This document shows, piece by piece, positions 40,323 to 54,282 of a stretch of DNA of 64,000 nucleotides. This stretch comes from Antedon mediterranea (taxonomy: Eukaryota; Animalia; Echinodermata). The number at the start of each line of letters is the position of its first letter. The first letter of the stretch is position 1. The translations under genes were made by a program, and so were the position numbers. Location of the stretch: positions 26,398,795 through 26,462,794 of the forward strand of contig NC_092670.1 in NCBI RefSeq assembly GCF_964355755.1, in the 5' to 3' direction. The notes under the pieces were generated by a model. The model did not search any database. It was not told where the DNA came from and worked only from the letters and a program-made list of their open reading frames with translations.

Positions 40323-41214
40323 TTTTTACAATTCTCATTCTTTTTTTTATATTTTACTGTTCCACCAGTATCTTTGAAATAAAACTCTGAGCTTTTCACG
40401 TCACAGCTTTAGCCAGCTATATTCCCAGAGGACTACTCATTCAGAAGCTATATCAAGCCAAAGCTATAGTTCTAGAGGTTGACAGTTTTGAAATGTTTTA
40501 AGCTCGGACAGGTCATGCTAAAATTACAAACCCTGGAAATTTCTGGAGGAAGAGAGTCTATGAAAACATTTGCTGATAATACATTATTTTATGCATGTAG
40601 ATGGTAATCTGTAAAATCTTTTTAAATGATGTTCTTGCTGTCAACCTAGGCCAGTATTATAATAATTCACTATCAAATAATCAAAACTTTATTTTAGCTG
40701 TCAACCTATAGGCCGGTATTTACAATGACTCTCATTTGACTTTCAAAATCTAGGCCGATATTATAATAATTCGCAGTCAGATAATCATTGAATTATGATC
40801 AAAACAGTCCAACATCCATAGTTAAGTTTTTGTTTGTAATAGGATACAATTTGTTCACACTTAAATGTCCCTTTGGGTCTCACTGGCCATTTATTACTTG
40901 TTGACATCTAGGCTTGATGAAGTGACCCCCAGACCTTAGCAATAAAGATGAACTAAAGTGACAGAAATTGAGTCTGTTTAGTGGTCTAAAATTGGCTTCA
41001 AAATTATTTAGACATCATTTTTATTTAAATTATTTAGTAAAGCACATCATCTTTTATAGATTCAGTATTTTAAATTTCAATTGCACAATTCTTGTTGTAT
41101 TTTACTTCAAATACATGGATAATTTTTTTTTTTTTCAATTAAATATCATTCCACTTATTGTGTGGAAACGTATTGGAACCCACCTTGGTGGTATTATTTG
41201 GTATTTTTATTATA

Positions 41215-41865
41215 TAATTAATAACATTGTAAATAATAATAATAATAATACATAATGATGATTACTTTTTTTCTCTGCAAATAAGACATTTTTCCTCTTG
41301 ACACAAATACTTTATAAAATGATAACGTTCAATATAAATACAATCTAATTTCTTTTTAAATAATGATATATTTTTACATTGTTTTAGATCGTCCGATAGA
41401 TTGTTCCACACCTTAGACCCAGTATACGAGAAGCCTTGACGGCCAACATTTGTATGCTTCAGGTCTATTACAAGATTGTTTTTATTTCGCGTGTTATAAT
41501 CATGATACGAGTCGAAGGTGTGGAAAAATCCATCAAATGACTCTGGTAATTTTCCATTTTTGTAGAGGAACATTAATTTTGCTACATTTTTTTCATATAG
41601 ATCGAATATGTTTAAGGTATTAGTTTTAATGAATAATGGAGAAGATGGATGTAGGTAGTGGACATATTATTCGGAGGGCCTTTTTTTGTAAAACGTGAAT
41701 TCTATTTAAATTATTTATGCTACCAGTACCCAACACAGTAATGCCATATGTAATGATGGGAAGGATAAGGGATTTATAAATAATGAGCAATATTTCATAT
41801 GGTAGTATGGTTTTTAAGAGATTCATAGCTCCAATAATGGCAGAAATTTTACTAGTGATTACATT
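41215..41865 (-). mobile_element. 5'-truncated CR1/L2-group LINE, ORF2 C-terminal fragment
   Basis: IYKSLILPIITYGITV...LQKKALRII and YHDYNTRN...FSYTGSKVWNNLSDDLKQCKNISLFKKKL, frameshifted; (TAT)n tail at ~41230-41250. Confidence 0.88.
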
Positions 41866-41870
41866 TTTTA

Positions 41871-42242
41871 GTTTTCGCCTCACGATTGATCGAAAAGTGG
41901 GTGAATTACAGAAGAAAAACAAAAATATCAATCCGTGCGCAATGTATGGCAGAAATTTTACTAGTGATTACAATTTTGAGTTTTGGCCTCACGATCGATC
42001 GAAAAGTGGGTGAATTACAGACAAAAAACAAAAATATCAATCCGTGCACAATGTATTTTGGAATGGCGCTATATAAATCGAACGATTGATTGATTGATTT
42101 ATAGCGGGCCGCTATAATTATTAGAATTGACTTATTTTTCACATTTTTAACCGTTTAAAGACGACAACAGTTATCGCAATAGGATATAGTAAATATAGTT
42201 TGTGATCTTAAATTAGATTTAAAAAACATAGGGAAGGGGTCT
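41871..42242. mobile_element. Family A MITE terminal half
   Basis: Matches ~38785-39029 and ends gggaaggggtct|TTAA. Confidence 0.8.
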
Positions 42243-42585
42243 TTAAGTTAAATTTTAACCAAAAACCATTGTCAGACAGACAATTTAAGTATTTCTTTTT
42301 AATTTACATTTTGTTGAAGTAAATAATTTTTTCCCGATCCAGTTTTTGGTTAAATTGAATAACTATTATGTGACATTAAATGACAAAATAAAAAACAAAA
42401 ATTATAAAAAAAAAAATAATTTTTTTAGGGGGACAATATATCTTTAAACTGTTACAAGGAAGCAGTGTTTTTTGTTATAAATATTTCTTGTTTAACTTGT
42501 TTTAGTTGATAAGGTCCAGGACCTATAAACAATATGTACAGTTTTTAAAACAGAAATGTATCCTTTCAAATAACCACAAAAAAGA

Positions 42586-43210
42586 ACTACATTTGAAGTC
42601 GTCACTTTGTCGAGTTCACCCGTCATGACATCAGATAGACAAAATTTGGGTTCGGGTTATCCGCGGAAATGCAACATGCACATACGTTAAACTATATGAA
42701 TATCGACAATTATTATGCCATCCTATGACATGAATTAAATATTATGTTTACAGTGCTGAATAGTACCTATTTTGTATCATACAGCATATTACAGTATTTA
42801 CAGAATACACTGTTATATATATAGTGTAGCATAGATGAAATTACGAGACCTATTTTTTAAATCCAATTTTTTTCAAAGCGCGCGTAAACGCGAAAATACC
42901 GATGTTCAAAATTTTGCTGATGATACAGGAAGATGACCCTTGACATGAAGCATCCGTGTGTCCATTTGAAAAAGGCTGTTAATTTTGAATTTATAGTAAA
43001 TTCAAGAGTTTCAGAAAATCGCGCTTAGTTATATTTTCATTAAACCAAAGTTTGTTGCACAACTACATATATACGTGCATCTGCAGGCCAAGTTGCAACA
43101 TAACTGCTATCGCCATTTTCGAGATCTGTGACAAACAAAAAATGAGCAGAAAATATGAAATTTTTAACAATATCAATAGGCTATTGCTCTACGAAGAGCG
43201 ATAGCCTAAA
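42586..43210 (-). mobile_element. Internally deleted family B-related Helentron-like copy
   Basis: gtcgtcactttgtcgag hairpin and gttatccgc near one end; ggctattgctct...agagcgatagcc stem-loop at the other. Confidence 0.6.
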
Positions 43211-43429
43211 AAAGGAAAAAAAAGATCCTGAAAATAACAGGGGGTTTTTCCTTTTTAGTTTTTAAAACCCCAATTGATTCCGATCTCAATTTTAAAAACA
43301 GTTTGCAATCCAGGTTTTAACTTGACCTCACCTAAGAGGGTCACTGAAAGGTGCAAGCATCCGACTACTCTGTGTAGATAATAATGACATAATAACCAAC
43401 CACGAACTATCACTAAATGAGAAACAAGT

Positions 43430-44020
43430 TCCATTCCCTATGTTTTTTAGATCTAATTTAAGGTCACAAGCTACATTTAATGTAAAAACAAATACTACAT
43501 GGTCCTATATTGCGATAACCTTTTTCCATTCATGTAACTGTTAAAAATAAGTCTATTCTAATAATTTAAGCGGCCCGCTATAAATCCCAAAATGCATTGC
43601 ACGCAGAATGATATTTTCATTTCTCTTTTGTGATTCACCTATTTTCGATTGATTGTGAAAGTCAAACCAAATAGAACAAATTGTAATTTTTAAGCGAAAA
43701 AAAAAACGGGTTTTCCTCAATTTGTATCAACAGATTCTGGCAAAAACAGAAAGGCAATTAATGCAGCAACTAGACAACATCAGGCTAGGCCTATAGCTAG
43801 CGTACAGTGTTTGTACTTTACTGCTGTTTACTAGGCCTAAAGGGTATTCGGCCTAAAGACGCAAGCTACTTAGGTAGTGCATTGTTTCTCTATTTTATCA
43901 TAATTTACCATAAAACGTACCAAAGTTTTCTAGATCTACAAAACTCATATAATTAAGACAAGGAATGACCTAGTTTATTGTTTTTAAAGTAATATATAAT
44001 GTAATTGTAGGGAATGGGAT
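43430..44020. mobile_element. Family A MITE copy
   Basis: Colinear with 53211-53836 from ccattcccta to gtagggaatggg. Confidence 0.8.
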
Positions 44021-45842
44021 ATTTTGCTGGACTCTTTCTATTTGAAACATAAATTGTCACATTTAATTAATAACTCACACTACTAATATTTGACTGACAT
44101 GATTTCAAATGCTCAATTTAACCTTCACTGAAAATACTCACAAGTTATCAGAAACTTTAATTTTTACTCATTTCAGTACAGAAATGACTACAAGAACTAG
44201 AAGAATATAAAACTATGTACTGTTTAACGAGTCTCAACTAAAACAAATCATAGATACATTTTTTCTTGATAATAAATCAACAATGTACATACAATGCACT
44301 GTTCTCGTGTTATTCCTATTAATACAATTTATGAGAATAATATATAGTCTTCATCTAATAAACTGAGTGGTATTCATAGAAATCAGTTTTTGTAGTTGTT
44401 TATAAACAGTCTAAATTTACTCAAAATAAACTAATTTCCCATTTTTAAAACCTTTTTTAAGATCGATTCATTTTGTGAACCATCTATCCCTTCTTCATAC
44501 TTACGATGAAACGCATTTTAGGAAATAAAAACCAACTTTTTAACAGTCCTCCCACAAAGTAGTTTCAGCAGAAACCCTGCAGAAATGGGTCATTGAATTA
44601 TATGTACTTTATTACTGTATTTTTATACCGTATATCAATATATATATGCAGCAGAAACAGGGTCAAAGAATCATGTTATACTTACACAGAATAAACAAAA
44701 ATAATATGGCACAATAGTAATTGTATCATCACTCACACTATAGCAACAAACGTAATATATAAGTCATGTGAGCCTTGTTAATGTAAAAGAAACAAATGAA
44801 AAGTAGAGAAATAATAATAACTTTAGTTTATTATGATGAAATACTAAAAATATAATACAAAAATCAGAATCAAATTGTTTATACTTTTGGTAAAATTAAT
44901 AATGTGTCCTTTATTCTGTAAGTGGAATTATGAACAGTTCATTGGGATCTTTTTCACATGGGAAACATGTTACAGTAGGCATACTTTGAATTACTTAAAA
45001 TAAACTAAAAAGACAAACTAATAAACTAACATATTGTTTCACATATGTTGGTTTAAAGTACGGTATCCATAAAATATGAAATCATAACAGTCTGTAATAA
45101 CATGAATATTCATTATATCGGATATTGTATGCATAGAACTCTCCATATATAATGTATGAGGAATACTTATTCAAGAAGTCATTTAATAATTTAAACAGCA
45201 GTTCTTTTGTAATGCTAGATTGTGGCATACAGGTTGATGGTCTGTACTTATGAGTACTGAAATCACTAAATGCAAAGGCCAACATACAGACTTACTGCTT
45301 TAGCAGATGACTAACTACATGATTGACAGTTAATGATCTAGTGAGGCCTAGGAAAAATTGGGAAAATCTAAAAAAAAAGACTATGAATTTGTTTGAACAT
45401 TATTATCACATTTTACAGTAGAACCTTTAAAAGACCCAATAAGTATCTCATTAGTAGGGTGTCTCCTGAATAGGGGTTGCCTGTAGTATAAAACCTTTGA
45501 TTGGACGATTGTGGGTCACATGTATTGTTTTGTAAAAAAAAATGTTCTCGCTTATAGAAACAAATCTTAAGGTGAGCATCCCTGCATGAAATCCAATAGC
45601 ACCATCTGTTGTTTTTTTACTCTATCAGAATTATCTTTTATGTTGAGCATTATTTACTAATTTCGAAAAAAAAATCACTTAAATTAGCTTCAGATCGTTT
45701 GTATGATTTTGATTAATTAATGGGAACAATTTCTTTGGAAATGTAAACATAATTAGATTAAATCAGTTTCAGTTGCCTGGCAATTTTTTGTATCTCTAAT
45801 TTGCCTTTCTACACTAAGCCTAGTTTAGATAGGCCTAGGAAT

Positions 45843-46005
45843 ATAAATGATGAATGTTTTTTATTCGTTGGATGGTGGAGAATATTTCATTTGATAGGGC
45901 TAGACTACTATTTATATAACTCGGCTACCGTCTTAAATTCAATAAAGCAGTCATATTTAATGAAATATTCTCCACCATCCAACTCATAAACATTCATTAT
46001 TTGTA
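45843..46005. repeat. Small fold-back element
   Basis: gttggatggtggagaatatttcatt / aatgaaatattctccaccatccaac is a perfect 25-bp inverted pair with further flanking pairing. Confidence 0.7.
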
Positions 46006-47469
46006 CTAATTAATTGTATGAAATTGAGTAGATGCACTGTAACTATAATCTTTGATAAGAACCTAATATGACACTATTAAGCTCAGATATGGAACATTTA
46101 ATACTTACAAACTGGCTAGGACTGAGAGCCAACTGCCTGTATGAATTGCTAGGAAACATGTGTTTATGAAGCTAGTCAATATTAAATTGTGGCTGATGAG
46201 ACTGCCTGATACAATATGGTATAAAGTTGTTTTTGCTACATAAGCTCTGACATCAACCATTCAAAGGGCAAAGTAGTAAAATGCTATGATAGTTATCACA
46301 TGACTTTTCAAAGAGGCTTTTATCTTGCTCGTTTTCTGATATGATACAGAAGAGGACTATCATAGTCTGGCGTTAAAATACAGCAATATTAGTTTTAAAC
46401 ATTATGTTTTTTCATACCGCTAATGAGGCATACATGCCTTTTACATTGTATATACATAGATTACAATGCTAATAAAGTCCACACGTTTTGAACTTCCATT
46501 TTTAAAGTCTATAGAATTCTTTGATAATACAGTGTGTAATTTATAATCGGATAAGTTTTTAAATTAATCAGAGCAAATCAAACATGCTGATCAGTAGATT
46601 AGTTTACAAAGGAAATAAATATTAGAGTTCAGCACAATCAAATATTTGAGTATAATAAAAATGAGGTTAATGGGATTTTATTTGAGGTTTGTTAGATTTC
46701 ACCAGTATCATAGGAATATTTGGTAATACAACATATATCATAATCTACTGTAACCCTCAACCTAATCATCATACAGGCACCACATGTGATAAACTAAGAT
46801 GCTATATTAACAAATAATCTGATGTACGGGGAAATATTGTACAGCAGTGACAATCCGGTAACAACATGATGTAGTGTATTTGTCATATATAGTCTTATTT
46901 GTTTACAGTACAAGGTCTTATACAAAGATTGTAACAAGCAAACTTAACAAGATAAGATAAGATAATATTGATTGGTCCATCATAAAATATGTTGGAAATT
47001 CATTTTCCAAACAGCGTACATATTTAGTTAAACTAAAATAGATCGTTTCACATACTACAGAGGGTGCATATCAAACTTTTTGCACGCTTCTCCTCAATAT
47101 GCCTCTATTTTAGTTTAACTAGAGATCATTATGTCACCTCATGATGCTCTTTGTGATCAGCCAGCAATGACACTTGACTCGAACATCGTGGGAAATTTCT
47201 ATTTTTGTTTTTGCCGTTCGTGTAGCCTACTCAGTCTGTGTATACTAACATACACACAAATATGTCACGCGTTTAAAATATTGAACCTCTAGAAAAAGGG
47301 CACCTTTAAAATTTAGGGGGTCACCCCCTTGGATCGTGATCCTTTTATTAATTCACATACGGTTTTAATATTAATATTGTTAAAAAGGCAATCATTTACA
47401 CCACTTAAAGTTCTTATATATAGTAATTGTTTTACCAGGGAGGTATTTTTATACCTCCCTGGTTTTACT

Positions 47470-47745
47470 AAACTGAAAATTGGAAGAACCATAATTTTTC
47501 AGCAGAAAATACCGGGTCTTTCCTAATTTGTATTAACAGAATCTGCTAAAAAAAGAAAGACAAGTAATACAGCAACTATACAATGCCATATAGCTAGCGT
47601 ACGATGTTCATACATTACCGATGTTTACCAGCTACGGCCTACAAACTAAGCCCAGATAGGCTAGGCTTATTGACGCGAGCTACTTTGGTAGTCCATTGTT
47701 TCTCTCTTTTTATAATAATTTACCATAAACGTGCAATTTAACCCT
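47470..47745. mobile_element. Family A MITE internal fragment
   Basis: ggaagaaccataatttttcagc...gctagcgtacgatgttc...atttaccataaac. Confidence 0.72.
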
Positions 47746-48085
47746 TGCAATAATCCTACAAAAGATTTATTAAGTTTATATTGTGGAATACATTGCAGTG
47801 TTTTTATCATTGCATTAAAAAGTTGTTGTTTATCAAAGTAACAAACATTTATATCATGATGACATCACTTTTGAATGCATACCAGCAACATGTAACAAAT
47901 ATAAAAATAAAGAAATAAAAATGGTCGCCATTATTAACCAGAACTAAAAATATAATTTTGTGTTCATTTTTTCAAATTAACAGCAGTTTTAACAGCAAAT
48001 TGAACATGACTAGTTGAACACATGGGCCCTGATTAAAGCTAAATAACCAATTAATAACCATGTGAAAATACATGACAACTTCTAA

Positions 48086-48376
48086 GGGCCTGTTCAGACC
48101 GACAGAGTCATACTTTTGTATTGTACGCAGACACAGATATTTCGTTCGTTACAACACCTCAAGGTACAAGATTAGTGAACGACGCTTATGATACGAAATG
48201 TACGATTTTGACCTCCAAATAATAAAATTTACTCCTGCATACCAGATGTTCATCTAAATCGGTGACACTTCAGTTTCTAACAAAAGCGTTAGTTAAGGAA
48301 GTCTGAACACTGTTACGACGCTAATTATAATATGCTTGTGATATGAAAGCACAACTTCATGGATCTGAACATACCC
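48086..48376. mobile_element. PIF/Harbinger MITE
   Basis: TAA|gggcctgttcagacc ... ggatctgaacataccc|TAA. Confidence 0.72.
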
Positions 48377-48954
48377 TAAGCTAAATAGGCTACAGTTAGA
48401 ATGATCAATTATGTAGTTTGGTAAATAAAATAATAGGCATAGTGAAATATATTATAGGCCAAACACTGAAAAGTGGCTTATTTTTTAGTTTCTTGTCGCT
48501 CCCATGGCAACTAACTCATCTTTTGTAGAATTTTTCTACACATATATCTTATCATAAATCCAAACTCGCCAGTGAAAAAAGTTGCACATAAAAAATTAGA
48601 TATATATTTTTTAATAACAAGTGCAAGGAATGCAAAGCAAGCGAGGAAAAATTTCCCAAAAGTGCAAATAAAAAGAGTAAATAGTTTTAAATATAATGTA
48701 AAATCACTTTTATCTGAAAGAATACCTGTGTAACATTTTTGTACAGTGTTTTATATATTTTTAACTTTAGGCAATTGTATTAGGTGCAATTAAACGTTTA
48801 AACATTGCAATATTTTAACTACATTTTAAATTTTAAATATGTAAAATCACATTTTATCAAAATACTGTGTAATCCTTATCATGTTTACTGTACAATTTGT
48901 TTACCTTTTAGTAGTCATAGGGCGCTTTAAGTGCAATTATCAGTGTTATTTTTA

Positions 48955-49114
48955 TGTCTGAGGACCCCAATGGAAATAAGTTTTCATTTAAACTTTCTTG
49001 GGTTATTCCTCGGTTCATTCTTTTAATATTGTTATCTTGTGCTTTTTTTTTTTTTTTTCTGTTATGTTTGTCTTTGTATTTTTGAGTGAACCGAATAAAA
49101 CTGAACTGAACTGA
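48955..49114 (+). mobile_element. Retroposon (LINE/SINE) 3' end
   Basis: ggaccccaatggaaataag...cttgggttattcc stem, aataaa and (ACTGA)3 tail. Confidence 0.5.
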
Positions 49115-51106
49115 AGGCAGGAAGTCAACGAAATTGATGTAGCCAAGGCCTATATGGACAATCGTTTGTACATAGCCTACTAAAACAGGAATATTGTTTG
49201 ATTAAATTATTTACATAGCTCTCTAAAGCATATTTGCTAAAGTATGATATTAATAATGCTCATACGTAAAGAAATATTTTCTACCTTTTTTCTCAATAAA
49301 CCCAACAAGTAAATTAGTAATGCTTATAAATTGAGGCAATAACAAATACTAGAAAATACATTAAGTTGAAAAAAGTTCCCAAGTGTTGTGTATTTGCGAG
49401 AGAGGTACACATGTTGATTTTCTAGAGAATGGAATGCCAAAAAGCGTGAAAAAATAAATGCTTATACACTGTTATAGGGCATAGGCTAGGGCAACTGTTT
49501 CCATCACATTTAATAACAAATGTTACATAATGTAAATTTTAAAAACTCCTTCCTAAATACGAATGTTTTTCGACGAACTAATAATAAACCGAATGACCGA
49601 AAAAAACACTTTGAACGAAATGAACATTTGATCATGCGGTACGCTGAAAATGGCTCCGATATGGTGCACACTTGTGAGTACTGTGTTGCGGTCTGTTAAC
49701 CTCAGATATACACCCTAACAGCCGGGTGAATAACTAATGTAATTTAGTATACAAATGGTTGCAGTGATTGCCACGTCTATAACACAAAATCAATAAAACT
49801 CCAAATACGGCACACACTTTCGGCCGTGTACATACAAGACATTTCATGTTTATTTTATGCCAATGAAATAATAAAAGAAAACCATGTTTCTCGTTTATTT
49901 TTATTTAAGTTTATAATTTAATTATACTGCATACCATTATTATATTAAAAAAAATTTGTATGTGAGAAAAAATTACCAATAATACACTATGAACAGGGGT
50001 GTAACGAAGAATACCAAGCCAACACGTGCACATGGACCAGGGCGGTACTGAAATGGAAAATGGTGACGTCAGCATTCATACAGACAGCAAGTTAGACGCT
50101 GGTAGTAGGAGTGCATGTGTTTTGAAAATAGCTCAGTTGTGGGTATTTTCCGAAGATTTTAAATCTTGACTGTATAGACTTCATAAATGGTAATTAAACT
50201 CTTATGCTCTTTCACGATGTAGCCCTATTTACACAACTATAATGCTAACTCTTCTTATTAAGGTTAGTTAAAAGAGTCAGGTATGTCGAATCCACGTCTA
50301 GCGTTTTCAGAATTAAGGGGGGTGGCTAGCCACCATATTCACCCTCAAGATCCGCCACTCAATTGAAACAACATGATGAGTTTATACATGAATCAAGCTA
50401 GAAATGCCTATTATTATAAAAATATAAATAATTGATCTTTATTCTAACAAACCAATATTATATAGTATCATAGTATAGCATGTTAAGATATGGTTTGAAA
50501 TTGTAAACATGTATGACATGTGTATGTGTGTTTTTGAAAATTTACAATCGATGTTCATTCCACAACCTATTATTATATATTTTCTCTTAATGAAGAGTTT
50601 AGAAAGAAAACAGTCATATAAAACCTGACTAGCAAGTTGAGTCGGCACGTTCAAGTCACTCGTCGACCATTGTTCTGGTGGTAGAACAAGTCTTCTCAGG
50701 GCCGTTTATACAACACATTTCTACATTGGCGTGTTGTATAAACAGAAATGGGTTCCATGAAAATGTTTTGTGAGTATAAAACAAAACACACACATAAAAT
50801 AACAAACAAATTAGAAAGAATAAAGACATTAATGAACGATTCAAATGGTAATTTATGGAATTTAGTATCCATATGGGACAGAGGAGACGGCAATATACTA
50901 ATAATTTGTTTACAAAACGTCAACAATTATAGGGAATGGGTCTTTAATAAACTCATACATGAGGAAAATACAACTTCAGGACTATGAACTACAGTATAAG
51001 CGTTTTCATTCATCTTTATTTTTGTTTTGGGGTGCAATACATCTTAAATATAAAACTAAGATATTGTCTCAGGGTAAAAAATAAATTATGTTTGTAAAAC
51101 TTAAAA

Positions 51107-51165
51107 ACTTACCTGTTGAATGACGTGATGAAAACAATATGAAAGACAAAAGAAAAACACATTTA
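51107..51165 (-). other. Candidate recursive splice site (AG|GT at 51113/51112)
   Basis: Minus strand gtgtttttcttttgtctttcatattgttttcatcacgtcattcaacAG|GTAAGT; about 70 nt free of AG upstream. Confidence 0.6.
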
Positions 51166-51779
51166 TTAAATATAAATCACAATAACTGTCACAGTTTTAT
51201 TTTTATCATTACATTGCAAACATTCATTTTAAGAATACTAGCTATCATAAATAGGCTATTGCATAATTTATAACTTTAAAAAATGATATCCTTCTCTTTG
51301 ACATAGTGTCACAAAATCAATGAAAATGTAAAAAAAATACTTATCTACACAAACTTGTGAAATATTTTAAACAAGAAATATTTCTTACAAAAAACACCAT
51401 TCCACATGCAACATATTTAATTATTGTTCTTTCTTCAATAATTGATGTTTTTTTATTAAAGATGTATTTTGCACCCGAAAAAATAATTCTTAAACAATTT
51501 TTTTGAATATGCTATTTTAATGTGACATAATAGTTATCCATTTTGACCAAAAATTGGATAGAAAAAAAATGTATTTACCTAAAGAAACTGTAATTTAAAG
51601 CAAAAAATAGTCAATTTGCCTGCCAGCCAGTGGGTTTTTGGTTGAATTTAACCACATATTGTCATTTTATAAAGTAAACAAAATATTTTTTTTCCTTTTT
51701 TTTTTTCTACAAAAGTGATTAACTTTATTAAAACTACAAAATAACCTATCCAAAGTCTGAATTAATTAATCTTCATTTT

Positions 51780-53160
51780 TCATGTTTTTGCATAACTTTG
51801 TCAAAAGATTAACTTTGAAGTATAGATGTGCAGCCAAGCTTTTTGACGATGTTTGAGCCGCGTAGCGTAAGTTATGCACGATTTAATAAATTTCTATGTC
51901 TATTTCTATAACTTTAGAACCAATAAAAATCTTTTAATGAAACTTAATAAAATTATAATTCATATCATGGATCACATTTCTATGCAGTAAAAAAGGTGTG
52001 TTCCACACGAAATTTCGCGCGCACTGGCATTTGAAAATTTAACAAATTTATTTTTGTGTTTCATATCTTCTGTAGTAGATTTCATTCATTTTGATTAACT
52101 TTTACTGCAAAATAACGGCACACATGCACGTTAAACTTTAAAAATCGTTTGCTAAAAAATGGGTAATTTAATTCAAATTTGTTAAAAAATATACCTATTT
52201 TTAATAATTAAACTCTTCAGGATGGCTGGTGACCCCCATGATTTAAATATTATTATGGAAGCTGATGAGTTATAGATATGAATTCATGTACAATCTGTAC
52301 CTACAGGACGTCACCATATGGCCACTCGAATTTTTAAAATAAATTTTTTTTTTTTCACTTTTGTATTAGTTAATCCCATTTAATAGAGGGCGCCGCGCTA
52401 ATGTGTTCCCCATTTTCTTCTAGATTTTAATATGTTCTTGCTAAATTAATTTTCTTTTACATGAGTTAAAAAATGTTTTATTTTTATTACGTCATCATAT
52501 AAAAAAATTAGAATAATGTGCGTTACTTATTTTTATCTATACAGTACAGTATGTTTTAATCTGTTATAGTTTTGGCTCTATGGAGCAAGCAAGTAGGATG
52601 AAAGGACAGGAGACGGTTTCAGAATGCTGTTAGAGAAGCCACGCTCTGATCAGAGTTTGCTTTGACGACGACGATAGCTCACCAGAATTAAAAGTGACCC
52701 ACATGATTAAAATTTATTATGGAAGCTGTTGAATTGTAGATATGAATTCATATACAAATTCTGTCTATCTGATGTCACGACGTCATCATATGACCGAAAG
52801 AGATTTTCATCACCTTCGTAAATGTTTGTCGTGTTTGAGAGCGCTAATCTTGATTTTACGTGCTTAACATTTTTCACATTTTATGAATGTAATTATGTAG
52901 ATAATTATCCTCTAAACTGTTACCTTCATGTTTCATCTTGATGATGTCATCATGTTAAAAATTGAAAAAAAAATGGGTCTCGTTATTTCTTCTATGCTAC
53001 ACTGTATATAATATATATACAGTGTATTTTCACAAATACTGTTATGCTTTATGACACAGCCATAGAATGGAATAATAATTGTTGGTGTTCATTTTAACGT
53101 ATGTGCATGCTGCATTTCCGCGGAAAACCGAACTCGTCAAAGTGACGAGTTCAAATCTAG
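51780..53160 (+). mobile_element. Helentron/DINE-1-like family B copy (diverged)
   Basis: Ends aactcgtcaaagtgacgagttcaaatCTAG; colinear with the reverse complement of 18986-20570. Confidence 0.72.
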
Positions 53161-53210
53161 TTATTTTTCTCATCTTTCTGTACACTATTTTGTGTAACAA
53201 TTATAGTTAA

Positions 53211-53836
53211 AGCCCCATTCCCTACGTTTTTTAGATCTATTTTAAGATCACAAACTATATTTAATGTAAAAATAATACTATATGGTCCTATTGCGATAAC
53301 TTTTTTCGTCTTTAAACGATTAAAAATGTGAAAAATAAATCGATTCTAATAATTATAGAGGCCCGCTATAAATCCCAAAATGCATTGCGCGCGGATTGAT
53401 ATTTTTGTTTTTCACCTGTAATTCGCCCACTTTTCGATCGATCGTGAAGCCAAAACAAATGGAAGACTCCTAACTTTTCAGCGAAAATACCGGGTTTTCC
53501 CCAATTTGTATTAACGGAGTCTGGCAAAAATAGAAAGACAATTAATGCAGCAACTATACAACGTCAGGCTAGGTATATAGCTAGCGTACGATGTTCGTAC
53601 GTTATCGATGTTTACCAGCTAGGCCTACAAAACTAAGCCTAGCTAGGCTAGGCCTAAGACCGTCCACGAGAGGTCGATCGCCGCGAGCTACTTAGGTAGT
53701 GCATTGTTTCTCACTTTTTATCATAATTTACCATAAAACGTACATTTAAGACAAGGAATGACATGGTTTAATGTTTTTAAAGTGATATATATGTATTATT
53801 TTCCAAAAAACGTCCAAAATTGCAGGGAAGGGGTCT
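53211..53836. mobile_element. Intact family A MITE (626 bp, Kolobok-like)
   Basis: TTAA|agccccattccctac ... gcagggaaggggtct|TTAA. Confidence 0.9.
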
Positions 53837-54282
53837 TTAAATGTCAATGATCACAAAAATCTCACAATATCTTTCAAACAATTTAACTTAATCCTAATAA
53901 GCTTTTCAGCATGATCACTCATCCGTGACATCATTTATACACCATTTTGTGAAATCATATTATCAATCATATCTCCATAACTTGTCATAACATATCAATA
54001 AAATTCACTATGAGTAAACTTCAGGTGAAGGGTAAAAATATTAGCAAATAAAAACTTACGCGTTTCAAGGTCATGCACGTAAAATTGTGCGTTAACAATT
54101 TTAAAAGCTCAAAATTAGGTTTAAATCAATTTAGAGCATGAATAAGCTATTTGTGTGTTTAAAACAATTACTGCGCAAAAACATGTTTTTGTGCCGACGA
54201 TTCTTAGAAATTGTTTGATGTTGATTCTTAATAACATCACGCCTAACTAACATAGGTCGTGTAATTTCACCATCAGCATATA

